In this document: positions 24,682 through 37,612 of the stretch, one piece after another
Position numbering within the stretch: position 1 is the stretch's first letter
Layout of the letters: each line of letters starts with the position of its first letter
From: Trichoplax sp. H2
Lineage: Eukaryota
DNA: 39,199 bases
Assembly (NCBI GenBank): GCA_003344405.1
Contig: NOWV01000233.1
Span: 62,001 to 101,199, forward strand
Direction of reading: 5' to 3'
Made by a program: the position numbers and the translations under genes
Notes under the pieces: generated by a model
What the model was told of the DNA's origin: nothing
The model's database searches: none
What the model saw: the letters and a program-made list of their open reading frames with translations, nothing else

Positions 24682-26356
24682 CTGGTTGGTCATATGAATT
24701 ATTTGACGGAATATAGGTATTTATATTTGTAATATTCGCGTTATCATTATCTAATGATCTTTTCTTAGCTGCGTCTATCTTATCAATTTCGTCATTCAGC
24801 CATTTAAAATTTTCCATATTTTGTCCTTTTAAACATTTTTGGTGATGTGCAGCGGTTTGGTGATTCTCAAATGATTTTGTATGATTGGAAAATAAGTTAT
24901 ACATCTTGTTAAGTTTAGCATAAACTTCATCTATTTCATTGCATAGCTTTTTCTTGTTTAAGTCTATTAAAATTCTATCATTCCTGGATATATATTTTTC
25001 CCATCTTGTCTCACTGTAATAGGATCTCACGAAATCGATATCATATTCATCACAGATATCTTTCCTAAACTGTAAACTTTCCTTGTACTCCTTTATAGAG
25101 GTATCAATTTCTTGACGAAGCCAATACAACTCTGCAATTTGATCTCGAATATCTGCAATCAACAGGCGGTGATGGCTTGATATTCCCTTTAGAATTTTCA
25201 TGGACGCTTCCAAATGTTTCTTTGCTGCTTCAAATTGCGAACTTCCTAATTTTGCTTTTCCAATCCCGTAATAGGCTTTACTCAATTCAATTTTATCTCC
25301 TTTCTTATCTTTGGCAAATTTGACAGCTTCTTCGAAATATTTTATTGACTCCTTTAAAGGATCTTTCTTGTCATTTCTAAGCGTAGTTTTTCTAGTTCTG
25401 AAACAAATTTCACCCAAAATGTTGTTAATTTTCGCTTGTAATTGATAATCTACGAATCCTGTATTCTTTATGATTTTTTGTATTATTTTGAAATATTTCT
25501 TAGCATTATCTAATTGATCTGAAGCAAAGTATGCATTTCCTAAATATTCCACCGAATCTGCTCTATGCCAACTGTTTTCTTTGAATCTATTCTTTTTGAT
25601 ATTATATGACTTCATGAAGTAGTTTATAGCTCCTAGATAATCACCCTGCATATAAAATACCTTGCCAATGGTATCGTAAAGTAAAGCAAACTTAACAGTC
25701 TTTTTCATTTTTGCAGATAACGAAGAATTGAGTTTTTGCAAAATGCGATTGGCATAACTTTCACTTAGTAGTAATTCATTATCGGACAAGTCTAGAAGTG
25801 TAACACGTTTAGCCGTTTTCTCAATACTATTTTGTATGATTCGTAATTGTTTTGCTAACAACTTCAGAAAAACAGATCGAGCATTTTCAAATTCTTTCCG
25901 CAACATATAGATACTAGCTTTACCATATTGAGCCAAAGTTAACAAATCATCTTCTTCATTTGAATTTAAAAATTGAATTGCAGCTTTAAAATGATCGAAA
26001 GCACTATTATACTCTCCATTTTTTATATAAACATTGCCCATTATATAATAAGCTTCAGCTAGTAGAGAACTTGGAGATTTATTTAGGAAATGTGATATTT
26101 TTTCAGAAAAATCTTTCTTAGCTTCATCAAGTAGATGCAGCTGAAATTTAGACTTCATTAAACCAATCCAACTTCTGCAAGTAAGTCTGATATAATCTTT
26201 GTCATCTAGGCAATCGTACATGAATTTTTCCTGAATCTGCTTGTTCGCCTGATCATAACTAGTTATTGCATCATTATAGCTCCCATTATCATAGCAAAGC
26301 TCAGCTTGATCAAGTTTAGATGTTAGTAATTGTTCATTTGATAGCATATCGTCCAT
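24682..26356 (-). CDS. TPR-repeat exon (first coding exon of gene B, or an orphan TPR gene)
   Basis: ORF 24662..26365. ATG at 26356 preceded by an in-frame TGA. TPR motifs, closest to the gene A TPR exon. Phase-1 donor CCAG|GTGCGA at 24682. Confidence 0.85.
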
Positions 26357-27755
26357 GTTTACCAAATCTCCTCAAGGTAGTGTGTCTTCTTCTTGTATCA
26401 ATTAGTGAAAATTAATTACAAGTGTGATTGTAAAGCAATATCTAACGTATTTATCGAACAAAATAGATTGAAATTCAGTATAACCTCTGCCAATTTGCTT
26501 TTACAGAAATAATAATTTTGTCTAGGAAGGGCCTTGCTATGACGAAAAATTCAACTGCACTAGTATAAGCTTAGTAACAGTCTATAAAATTAAAATTAGA
26601 AAAGCAGCCATTAATTCATTTTGGTAATAAAGCGGTAAACAAAGACATGCAAAATTTTAAATTTAAGACTTTTAAGCATAGAAAAAAGTCGTTGAGTTTA
26701 AAATTCCTCCTACTATTGTACAGCGTAGTATCGAAAACTGACGGGAAATATATTTGTACTGCAGTAAACCAAAATAGACGTAACAATTTTTATCGTAATA
26801 TAAGTGCATATCCCTATAGCATATCTTAAATTCAGTTAATCTATCAACATATTGCAGTGTTTTTATTTGAAATAGTGACGATAATTTTGTTTATAATTTT
26901 GTTATTATATGATTGTATATGCTGCAAAGAATGGCTTATGTTCCTTACCACTTCATTGACCTATTATCATCTGCTACTTAGCACGGCAAGCAAAACACCA
27001 TATTCACTGCACTTATAAAAAAGCCTTATTTACATCTAACAGTTGCTAAACTTGTATGGATTAGACAGCCATTCTTGCACTTAATCTTGTGTTAACGCAG
27101 GTTATCGAATCCAGCTCACTGCGAAGAAATAATCTACATGCATCTAGACTTTTAAATTAATATACTAACCATGAACTAACGCTTATCGAACTCAGCCCAC
27201 CACGGAAAAAAGCTTTTATTTTATATCTTAATCAACAATATGTAAAATAAGTAATTGTAGTTAACAGTAGAAGGATTAATCACAAGATAATATTCTTGTA
27301 TTAGGTACTTTCGGTGATAAAGAGTAAATAGCGTACTACACATTGTGCCGTTGCTTAGCAACGGACATTGTATTATGTATTTAAAAAGAATCTGCATAGG
27401 CCATTATTAACGGTAATTATTAGACGCGGAAGTTATACAAAGCGTTATCATTTTAAAAATTTGCTATACTGTGAGTCACAAAATCAGATTTAAATTTATT
27501 ATCGCGTTCTGTCCACAATTTATTCTATCATTTGAAGCGTCAAAATACAGATCTCTTATTATTCTTACACTCAGCGAAATCTATTGACTATACAGTATAT
27601 TCGAAATCTTAATATAAATGTCTCAATAGAATTTTTATAATACGTACCACAATCGTCTTCTACAAAAAGACACTTACACAATCTTAATCTTAGCTTATTT
27701 AGAGTTGCTTCACAGAAACCAATTTAATACTAGTATTAACATGATTCAAACTTAC

Positions 27756-28399
27756 AGTAACAGTATCTTCACTTTGAAGACTACTGAAATCGTTACCAAT
27801 GAATTGAATACTCCAGGACTTACCATTAGGCACATAAGTGCTCGATTTGGCGCAATTATATTTAGTGTGTCTCTCTAAGATTATAATTCATCATAAATTA
27901 TTGCAAGCAGAAGCAAAAGAGATGTAATAAAGAATTATTTCTTTAAGAAATTATCATCGTTTGAAAAATAAACTTTGCTAACTTACTGCATACTGCATGG
28001 TTCTTGCATAATACGACGGTATCCATAAATCAGCCGAACTAGAGTCAAAAATGACTTTAAATTCCTGAAGTGGCTTACCAATGAAAATTTTACCATAGTA
28101 TTGCTTCTAATAGTTGATGCCAACAATTTGGCAGGACTATCCTTATGTTGTAAATCCTATTAAATGTGGGCGTGCAACATTACTCTGTTCTCTATGTAGA
28201 TACTAACAAATTTAAATTTATTAATATTACCAGAAAATAATATGAGCAAAAAATATTTGTATTTAAATTAGAAAGTTAACAGGACAGTTTCGATAAAATC
28301 GACAAATCTTCTACCTAATCTTCAGTTATAAGCCTTTTGACGCATTTCCTGTCGGATAATAAAATATGACGGATGCTTTTCATCTATTATAACTTGATC
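27756..28399 (-). pseudogene. Cathepsin D/pepsin-like (peptidase A1) aspartic protease pseudogene fragment, exons 2-4
   Basis: Exon 28208-28399: (R)IKL**MKSIRHIL, a propeptide with stops at 28384-28389. Exon 27987-28106: [31 protein letters not shown], then a frameshift before LCKNHAVC. Exon 27756-27874 (119 nt): RHTKYNCAKSSTYVPNGKSWSIQFIGNDFSSLQSEDTVT. Intron positions match the animal pepsin-family pattern. Confidence 0.85.
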
Positions 28400-28903
28400 C
28401 TACAAATTTAAAAGCAGTAATTAAAACTGCATGTTTCATATCAATGGTAGCATAGCCTACTGCTGTTGCAATGTCATTTGTATAACTATATATTAGTGAT
28501 CCTAGCTAGTTATAAAGCTGCTGCTATTCACTTTACAGAATATTATGGTTGACTAAATTTTTTAGCAAGATTAATTTGCTTAAATTAAGTATTAATAATA
28601 TCAGAAACTCCCTATCAAAATATTACCAAGTAACAACATAAAATTATTACAGTCTCTCAAACATGGTTCTCTCTTTTTTAGACTTTATTCGAAGTAATTT
28701 TTGATACCTTCGTATTCTACCGATATATTAATAAAATTTACTGGGAAAATACTAAAATATATTCATCTAAGTACTCTACATAAATTATTCCATTCTTCAA
28801 TAACCGTAAATATATATCATAGCTGCTTATTCCCATCGCTAGATACCGCAGGGATGCATAGATGTAAGAGTAGCATAGCTATTATAAAGATAAAAGACAA
28901 ATC

Positions 28904-28937
28904 TTTTTTTGAATTTTTTTGAATTTTTTTGAATTTT
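28904..28937. repeat. 10-bp tandem repeat (TTTTTTTGAA) x3
   Basis: Direct reading. Confidence 0.85.
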
Positions 28938-29266
28938 CGGATCAGATTTGGAGTTGGAATATGCGTTTCACAGAACTTAAAACTATAGCATGAAAGCCTC
29001 AGAGGAAAAGTTTATCGAGAACTAGACTTCCTTTGTTCGTCAACATCGATTTGCATTGAAGACTCGTAACAGCATGTATTAGCGTAGCTTTTGCTCCGAT
29101 GTAATTTCAATTATATGCTATCATAAAATTAGGATATTTCAAGAAAGTCTGTATACCAATTTCGTCTATTAATAGGTATCAGGCAAACTGTCATGGCAAT
29201 TTGATAGCTACAAGTCATGATATCACATGAATGAATTGTACTCTGCTTTAATGTTGAGATACCTTA

Positions 29267-30007
29267 TGTAACGAAACTTGGTATTGTGATTGTAAGCTTT
29301 TAGCTATATTTAGTAAGATGTACGGAAGCGCAACTTTCTATATTTATCTTAAGACGTATTTGGTAGCTTGCTACTATGGACTGTAATGGCAAATTCTATA
29401 CTACAGTACCGGTGACTATATATAGTAAGGTGTTGAGTTATGACTATATATAATAAGGTGTTGAGTTACTATTAAGGCTGAAGGTAAAAATAGAACTGTA
29501 ATTCATAAATTAGGATATGCTTAGTTTACCGAACTTTGACTGCTAAGAATAATATCTACAGAAATACTGCAGTCGTTTCCATATCGAATTAATGATGGAT
29601 GATCCTCCTTAAAATGTTGTTACTAATAATAATTTGACTATGTGTAATTAAATTAAGGTAGAATGTTGCTATGCTGATTGCGGCTGTGACTGCTACGAAA
29701 TGTATATATGAACGTAACCGTATGCGAAGTCGGTCATTTTGCAAACTGCCCGGGCACTTTGCAAAATGACAATACGAACGGGCATTTTGCAAACTGCCCG
29801 TTTGCAAAATGACCGACTTCGCATACGGTCACGTTCATATATACTATATAAGCTGGCAACTTTAGACTATTCAGTTAGTTATTTCTAGAAGTCTTTCAGT
29901 AGTTGCATCCGGCTAGAGTAGAGCTGTGTATAGCTAGTCTTTGTATTAGATCTAATTAACTTCTAATTTTCTATAACTTGGAATATTCTTGATCTGATTT
30001 TATAACT
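29267..30007 (+). mobile_element. Solo LTR of the same family as 37058-37612, with a nested MITE and a 28-bp internal duplication (29413-29468)
   Basis: Colinear similarity to 37058-37612 from TGTAAC(G) to TATAAC(T). TSD degenerate (CCTTA/CTCTA). Confidence 0.7.
29702..29844. mobile_element. MITE/foldback element, 143 bp with 45-bp terminal inverted repeats (1 mismatch)
   Basis: 29702-29746 is the reverse complement of 29800-29844. Internal repeats CATTTTGCAAACTGCCCG x2. Absent at the homologous position (about 37450) of the sister LTR. TA-rich flanks. Confidence 0.85.
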
Positions 30008-32605
30008 CTCTAGTAAGTGAGCACTGCAAGAATGTGTGGCCGCAAGAACTAGGATTAGTGATAATATTTTGCTTAGCTTCTTTCTGTAAACTGGTGATAA
30101 GTTACTTTTAAAGCAAAAATTGTAATGTGATGCTGTTAAAAAATAGCGATCTTAGGTAAATGTCTACTAAAGCCTTGGCCAGCGAAAATTAAACTGATAA
30201 TACAAAATCTATAAGGAAAAGAAATTCGAGTAATCATTGAGCGATTTATAGCATGCAGTGAGAGAAAATGTCAACGCATGCGTTGGAAATCGTACACGTA
30301 TACCATAATCACGAATAATTGGTCGCTAAATTAAAGTAGAAGTGGACTATAGCCTTTAAATTATCCTAAATATAAGACGGAGTATCATCTGTAACGAAGA
30401 TACATTGCCGAATCACATTTATATTTTGAGAATCAGTCATAATGTTACCGTACTTGGGCATTTCGCGAATTGACTGGATTTCGTACTTGGATGGTAACGA
30501 TAATACTAGATATAAGTAAAAAAATAATATTTCAATAATTGCAACGCGCAGTTATTTTGCTCTTTTAACCATGTTTGACGGATTTAGCTTTTAGTTTTTT
30601 AATTAGTTCAATAGGTATAATAGCTTGTTTATAGTCTAGCTCTATTTAGTAATGTTACTTAACTAAACTTGCCTAATCTAAACTAATTAGATTACCCTAG
30701 ATAAGTAACAATAACTGAGAAATGCACTTTCGGAATCTTCTAACTATATCTTTATTCTAAAAAATGCAAGTCTAATTTAATATTCAAAATCAATCATTTA
30801 TATAGCTTTTCTAGCCATAAAACCGGTTTACGATGTGTGATATATTTCGACCAATAAAACTTCGCGAATATATTAAATTATTCCTAGTCTATTCCAACGA
30901 ATTAGTAATATTACTATAGATTAACTTTATGTTTTCTCTGGCTTATAATTAACAGGATTTATATTGAATTTACCATTGACAATTCATATACCATATTTAG
31001 TATAATTTAACCTGTATTAGGAACAGGTTTGTATCGGCTATATTAAGTCATAAATAATTCATGCACATATCCAAATTAATAACTATCTTGACATGATACA
31101 TATACATGTCTAAATTAAGTAAGTTATCTTCCATCACGGTAGATTCACTACCGTGACAAGTAACAATTAGGTTAACCTTTTTTCTTTAGTGCTAATCGAT
31201 AAACCTAGCGATAAGCAACCAGGTACTATTTCCTATCGATCAATTTGTTGGGGCTTCTATAGACAAGATATCTTAATAAAGTTTACAAGGATACGCATAT
31301 TGCACCGGTGCAGTATTGCAATGTAACTACTTACTCAAGATATATTTCTGTTTATTACTGAACTTTAATTGCATATGCTGATATTAGACGGTAAAAAGTA
31401 CTGCTATCAGCAACAAATAAACTATTACATTGTATTAGTATGTACATTTTATTTGTAGTGTACATACGAGAACCTATTGTCTATGAGTTGACCATGATTC
31501 AATGGGATTTTCACCGGTTTTGCAAGTCAAGATTTATTTAAGTCCATTATTAGGTATTACGTGATTAAAATTTCAATCTTTTCTATATTATTGACACAAT
31601 ACCTCTCTTCTACCTCTGATTGCAACTACCGTAGAAGAAAGATGCACAAAAGGAACCGTGTGTTAAATCATGCAATCATTCTAATGTCATTCAAGCATAT
31701 TTTTAGACTAATAGAAATCGGACAAAAAGATCCTCGCAAGTTACTAGTATAGGAATATGTGACAAACAATGTTTATCTACGTTCAATAAATTGATCGATT
31801 ATGAATCCATACTTAATAATTCAGATATAGTAATACAACTACTTTTGAAGGACAATCATACGATCCAGCTCTTCCTTCTCACAATATACTATCTAGCCTA
31901 TATTGTGTGAGTATTGTAGCTTACTTTAAAATGTTTGATCCGTAATTTATACATGGATTTAATAATTTGCTCAAGCATAATTTACTTTCATATAGAAATT
32001 ACTTGATCGATTACCTGGGCTATACAATCATATTTAAAACGGTTTCTATCCAGGCAATTTAAAAATAAATGAATCATATACAGTAATTCAAATTTAACCC
32101 TTTCATCTAAAAATATGATTATTCCAATACTATATTTAAACTAATGAAGAATCCTTGCTACCTAAACTATCAGTATATGATATGGGTTTTTTCCTTGAAA
32201 AACAGAGAATTATTTTAATATGAAATATAAATTTTGCAAGGTTTTAGTATACAGCAGTTTAACAGCAAATCTTCGTCTTAATTCTGCAGCTGTCTGAATT
32301 AGACAATCATTCTATAGAAATCACCAAAAATCAATTTACCTGGATTATAAGCTATTGATGTTGCCATTCGGCTAAGAGATTTATAATCAAATGCTATGCT
32401 AGTATTTATAAAACCCTGTTCCATATTAATGTACATCCAAGGCAAGGCTATTAGGTAATGATAGACCCTCACTTTAAGCTTCGATGATACTAGCATCAAT
32501 CTTTTATTGAATCAAAGGTCTGATTTTACTTTAATTACCAATAGGTATATTCAATAAATATTACTATAAAAGCTGATAAAGTAATATCAGAAATGAATTA
32601 TGACG

Positions 32606-32638
32606 ATGGATCTAGTAAATATAATTTACTAGATCCAT
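32606..32638. repeat. Perfect 15-bp inverted repeat with 3-nt loop
   Basis: ATGGATCTAGTAAAT-ATA-ATTTACTAGATCCAT, with outer arms AATTATGA/TCATAATT at 32596-32652. Confidence 0.8.
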
Positions 32639-33256
32639 TTTCTATCATAATTGAAGTATTATTACAGCAGCTAATATATACGCTATTGCTTAAATTACAA
32701 CATGACAAATAGAATTCTTAACAAAAATGTTTTAACGAATATTGTCAAATTCTAAACCGGATAATATAGTTTTTGTAGTGGTGGACTAAAAGTGGAGTCT
32801 TTTATAGCTTTAAGTATGAAACTATTATTGTTTTACTATGGAAAATACCTACAAAATGATAGATTCTTTAAGTTTTATCCTACCAAATCATGATGTCACC
32901 ATCTTTACTTCTACGCTATTTTACAAGGTTTTATATAGATTTCTATAGGGATGACCTAAGAAGCAATCGCTTGATCCAAAGAGGGGGTGTTTAATAGTCT
33001 ATTGGGATTGTAAATGAATTAGACTCAGTAACATAGTCCTATGCATAGAGAAAGGGGATTTAAAATATGACAGTAAAGAACTGTAATGTACGCCACAATC
33101 GTACAATTTCCGTACAATTTCGTGCTAAAACTACAACTGTCAAAACTAGCGTCAGAAAGGTAGTTATGGTTGTCTGTCACAATTTCACTCCAGCGACAAG
33201 GTAACGTACAGTAAAAGTCTATAAGTAACTACTGACTTAAACGCCCTTTTACTTAA

Positions 33257-33725
33257 TGTTAAACACACACAACAAAATAATGTATAGATGAAACTTTATT
33301 AGCAAAGATACATCTACAACTTTTTACCACACCGCTCAACTCAAATGTTCCCCTTTATATAGGAACCGTCTAATTTGTAAATGGCAACAGTATTATTATT
33401 ATACCTTACTAGGAGAAACATCTCGAACTAAGATGTTCCTTACATAGCTTTTCTATCAGAAAATATTTTGAATCTCTTACTCATACTTAATCTTAATATA
33501 AGCTCGTAGATTGTCTAATTCAACTATCTTCAACTAGAATTTGAATCATCTTACTGCTATCTATCACACAATAACAATCAATATCAAAAAAATAATGAAC
33601 TATCACAAACAATATCCACGTTAAGGCATTACTTATCTTACCTAGCACTATAAATATGGATATTCTCCGTACTAGCTACTACCGTACTTATTAAACTATC
33701 CTAAAGACAAGGCAACACCGTAACA
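33257..33725 (-). mobile_element. Possible LTR-like element
   Basis: Minus strand TGTTACGG...TATATAAAGGGG...AATAAAG...TTTAACA. No TSD and no empty site available. Confidence 0.35.
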
Positions 33726-34663
33726 TTGTTATATAAAATTTTTTGATAATTCAGCCTTTGGGCATATATCTATTAACAATGTTCGTACTAAAAGCTACTC
33801 TATTTACACATCTGTCAGATGTAAGTATTATATTTTGTAGCATTGTTCTTATACGTAAAATTATTCGATTTAATCAAAGATTTTCCCACTATTATACCTT
33901 CTATAATCTAATTCTTACATAATAAGACTCTCATCAGATGAAATTTAAAGATGGCTTCCAATGCATACTTGGCAATAGTAGGGCAAATAATTAATTAACT
34001 AGAACAAGTTTCTAATCTAAAATATCCTGAGATCAAAAGAACTGAATCCTATTCTGCTCCAAGCTTATTTCTGTAATTCTTATATATATTTTATACATTA
34101 TATTTTAATGCATTTACAGCAACATATTTATCTACAATCAGGATTGAATCATCAAAATAAATACTTTACTTAAATAGTTCATCAAGATGTTTTACAGCAC
34201 AAATCAACCTTCTAATAATATCGAAACTCATTAATTAATATCTATCATAAGGTGCTGGACATCTTCACAATTACAGTGTATGGAGCTACGCAGATCTATT
34301 TACCATGTTTAGCTAGCCGCCTAATACTAGTAAGTAGCAATTTCTAACTTAGTAATAAGTAATCATCTAATATTAGCATCAAGAAAATATCTATTTTTAA
34401 AAGTAAAATCAAATATGGGGTGTATTACTACATCTATATTATCAAAATAAATTTATAATCTGTCAGTTAATTAATGAAATGCATTAAATTCGACGAAATA
34501 CGTCAATAAATATTCAAAGATGTTAGTTAACAAATTGAAACAATTTTACAAATTTTAATAGTAGTGGTATGTTTTGTAAACAAGCTGAGAGTCTCTATCT
34601 AAGCAATTTACGTAAAATATCATCCATAGCGGGATAGATCAAGCTAGATGCATATCTTGTATA

Positions 34664-35016
34664 TCAATCAGAATTTGGTTTAATAACATTATTCTTACCC
34701 ATTTTTTCTAAATCTTCTCCAAATTCTACTATAGCTTCAACGTCATGTTCATGTTCTTTTAACATATAGCAAAACTTAAAAAAATCTTTATCTCTACGTT
34801 GGTCTCGAAGAACATTCCATAGCTTATCATTTTGATCTTTTGTGTTTGCTAAAGATTTCCATTTACTAACTGTGCTTGTGGCTAAGATTCGCTGTGATGT
34901 TAAATTTGTCCACAAGTCCTCAATAGGGACAACGTTTATAAATTCTTGGTGATAGAAGTCTAATGCTTTCTGGATGCCAAAACTAAGTGAACGTTTCTTT
35001 GGACTGTTTGCTGCAT
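34664..35016 (-). CDS. Gene C C-terminal CARD-like death-fold exon
   Basis: ORF 34664..34915 extends in frame to the acceptor TTAATAG|AT at 35016: DAANSPKKRSLSFGIQKALDFYHQEFINVVPIEDLWTNLTSQRILATSTVSKWKSLANTKDQNDKLWNVLRDQRRDKDFFKFCYMLKE... Six-helix CARD-like pattern; paralog of 9867-10192. Confidence 0.75.
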
Positions 35017-35631
35017 CTATTAAATAACCAATGGAACATATTTTTAGCTTTCCGAATATTCTTGTTCAACACTTCATGCAAGTATATATAAAGCTACTTA
35101 TAGAAGAATAAATATTTATTTGATAGTATTCCTAGTATAATTCGATAGAAGATACACGCCTAGAGTAAGAAGCATCTACGGTAATTTGTCGTGCAATTAT
35201 CAAACACGATTTTCAGGTAGAAGGATATTATACATGGTGACGCATCCATACACATCTGGGGTACCATGATATAAGTGTAAATATCATGTGAGACAATATT
35301 TCATTAATAAAAGATATAACCATCTGATATTAATCTATCAATGACTAAATAATTATATATCGAACATATATGCGTATGTTTATACAGTTTTTCTCAAAAT
35401 ATTCATCGCTCTATAATAATCATGCAATGCACAACTATATTAATGATCTAAGTTATCACTAAGCAAACAATCGTGCAACTATTAATTGAATACTGTAATA
35501 ATGTACTCGTATATAGAATGGATCTTAGAGCTAAATGTAGTAAAGAAATGCTATTATATTCCATAAATTACTATTTCGCTGATCACATAATAGAAGTACT
35601 GTAATTTTATGGTCTTTTATAATTTTGTTAC

Positions 35632-35769
35632 GTTGCTCTCTTTTTCGCTTGCTTCCTATCGAACTTTTTGATAAGAATTCTTCTCCATTACTTTTCTCAT
35701 TGTCCGAATTATTTGAAATTTCCTTAATATCCGTGCACTTTTCTAATTCTCGGCAGCCTTCATGTTCAT
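35632..35769 (-). CDS. Gene C linker exon with NLS-like GSKRKRE (3' boundary uncertain)
   Basis: ATATAG|AT acceptor, open frame, candidate phase-1 donor AAC|GTAACA. Confidence 0.6.
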
Positions 35770-36361
35770 CTATATTTCCGAAATATAACCAATATTAAAC
35801 TAGTATTAACTTTAAAGGCAAACGAAACTAGAAGCCAATAAAAAATAAGCTTTTAGTGCTGGAGAAGGATAAATTTATATTTTAATTTAATCACTCAGTT
35901 GAATTTGTGCAATATTTATTAATGGCTCATATTTAATCTATAACTTGGCCGATTATTATAAAGTATCTCAAACAATATAATATCACCTTTGATTTATTAC
36001 TGTTTTAATTCCATGCACGAATTATCTGTTTAAATAAGAACTATGATATTTGCCTCAATCTTTGCAATGATCGACTTATATTTTTCCATATTCAAAACGA
36101 TAATACAACCATCAACTTTTAATTCTCTCTATCCTACCATTATCTTGCAATCAAAAACTGTTGGAAATTATGATATTAGTATCTTCAACTATAAAATTGA
36201 TAAAACCAAATTTATAAGATCACTACATACTGCTACTATATATGTTCCTCGATTATCTAATCGTATTTCTCAGATTGATGGTATAACGTTATAACAACCA
36301 ACAGTCACATAGATTATTAGTAATAGCCAGAGAAAATCACATAGCAGTCTATATCACTAAC

Positions 36362-36565
36362 CCATTTCACTTGTTTTTCGTTTACGGGAGGTGCTATTGC
36401 TGTTAGAAAGATAATAGGTATTGAGTTTTTTCTTCACACTATCAGTCGATGATTTAAGAACATCTTTTTCACATGTTGATACTGTTGATAGATCAGGGGA
36501 AGTAATAGCTTGATTTGACGGTATTGATTTGATATCCTTACTAGGTAAGGGCGACGAAAACCATG
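36362..36565 (-). CDS. Gene C Ser/Thr-rich linker exon ending RKRKTSEM
   Basis: Within ORF 36357..36584. CTATAG|CA acceptor, ATGG|GTTAGT donor, 204 nt, phase 1-1. Confidence 0.75.
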
Positions 36566-37057
36566 CTATAGAAAGGTATAACAATTATAATTAGACATTG
36601 TAAATTGGATTTTTTTCTATCCGGAAAGCATTAATTAGCTTTAATAGTAATCTTGCAATACTACACTATAAAATACAGAATGATTACAAAAACTTTCACA
36701 GTTCATTTCGGTTGTAAGGTATTATTTTAGGTTCCGCCTGTAATATCTAGGCAGCAATTGCCTTGATAAAGCATTCGAAACTTGCTAATCGATAGAGGCA
36801 CTTAACTATATTATCGAATGATATAGTACAGTAATATAGTATGCGTACTAATGCTTCTTAAGTTATCTCATAACAACCTTACATACCGCTATCCGACATC
36901 CACTTCATTATTATTCGGTACACAGTCTACAGTAAGTAATTGATAGCCTACTAAATTTATTTACTTTCGAAATAGCTATAACTAATCCTGCAACTTTTTC
37001 AAATCTTTAATCATGTTTCGTGGCGAAAGTGTTTTATTAAGACAGAACATATCAAAT

Positions 37058-37612
37058 TGTAATGTAACTAGTATTGTGATTGTAGACTGTTAGCCATGTG
37101 TAGTATAATGTACGGTAGATATTTATCCTAAGAGATATTTGGTAGCTATAACTATAGACTGTAGTGGTAGAGACTTTATGCTAGAGTACAGATGACTATA
37201 TACAGTAACGTGTTGAGTTACTAATAAGGCTATAGGTAAAAATAGAACTGTAAATCATATATTAGGATATGGTTAATTTATTGTACTTTGGCTGGTGTGA
37301 ATAATGTCTACGTAAGTACTGTCTGTAGTCGTATCCATATTGGATAAATGATGGTCCGCAGTAGAATAGTCTTACTAAGAATAATTTAACTATGAGTAAA
37401 ATAAGGTAAAAGGTTGCCATGCGGATTGTAGCTGCGAATGCTACGGAAAGTATAAAAGCATGCAACTTTAGATTATTCTGTTAGTTCGTTGTAGAAGTCT
37501 TTAGTAGTAGTATTCGGCTAAAGTAGAGCTGTGTGTAGTTGATCTTTGTATAAGATTCAATAAAGCCCTTATTTTTCTAAAATTTGGAATTTCGTGATTG
37601 GTATATATCACG
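37058..37612 (+). mobile_element. Solo LTR (555 bp) with 5-bp TSD CAAAT
   Basis: TGT...ATCACG (CA mutated to CG). CAAAT at 37053-37057 and 37613-37617. TATAAAAG at about 37451 and AATAAA at about 37559. Empty site (TATCAAATTTAG) in the paralogous gene B intron at about 13921-13932. Confidence 0.85.

Noticed and set aside
27470..27762. TG...CA-bounded segment as an LTR
   Set aside because: No TSD, and the right end falls inside the protease pseudogene exon.
29589..29807. ORFs 29589..29807 and 37262..37465, similar to each other
   Set aside because: Both lie inside copies of the same solo LTR, so the similarity is non-coding repeat homology.
30010..34600. An independent gene in the long intergenic stretch (ORFs 31561..31752, 32299..32499)
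   Set aside because: Short ORFs with no recognisable domain or consistent exon chain.
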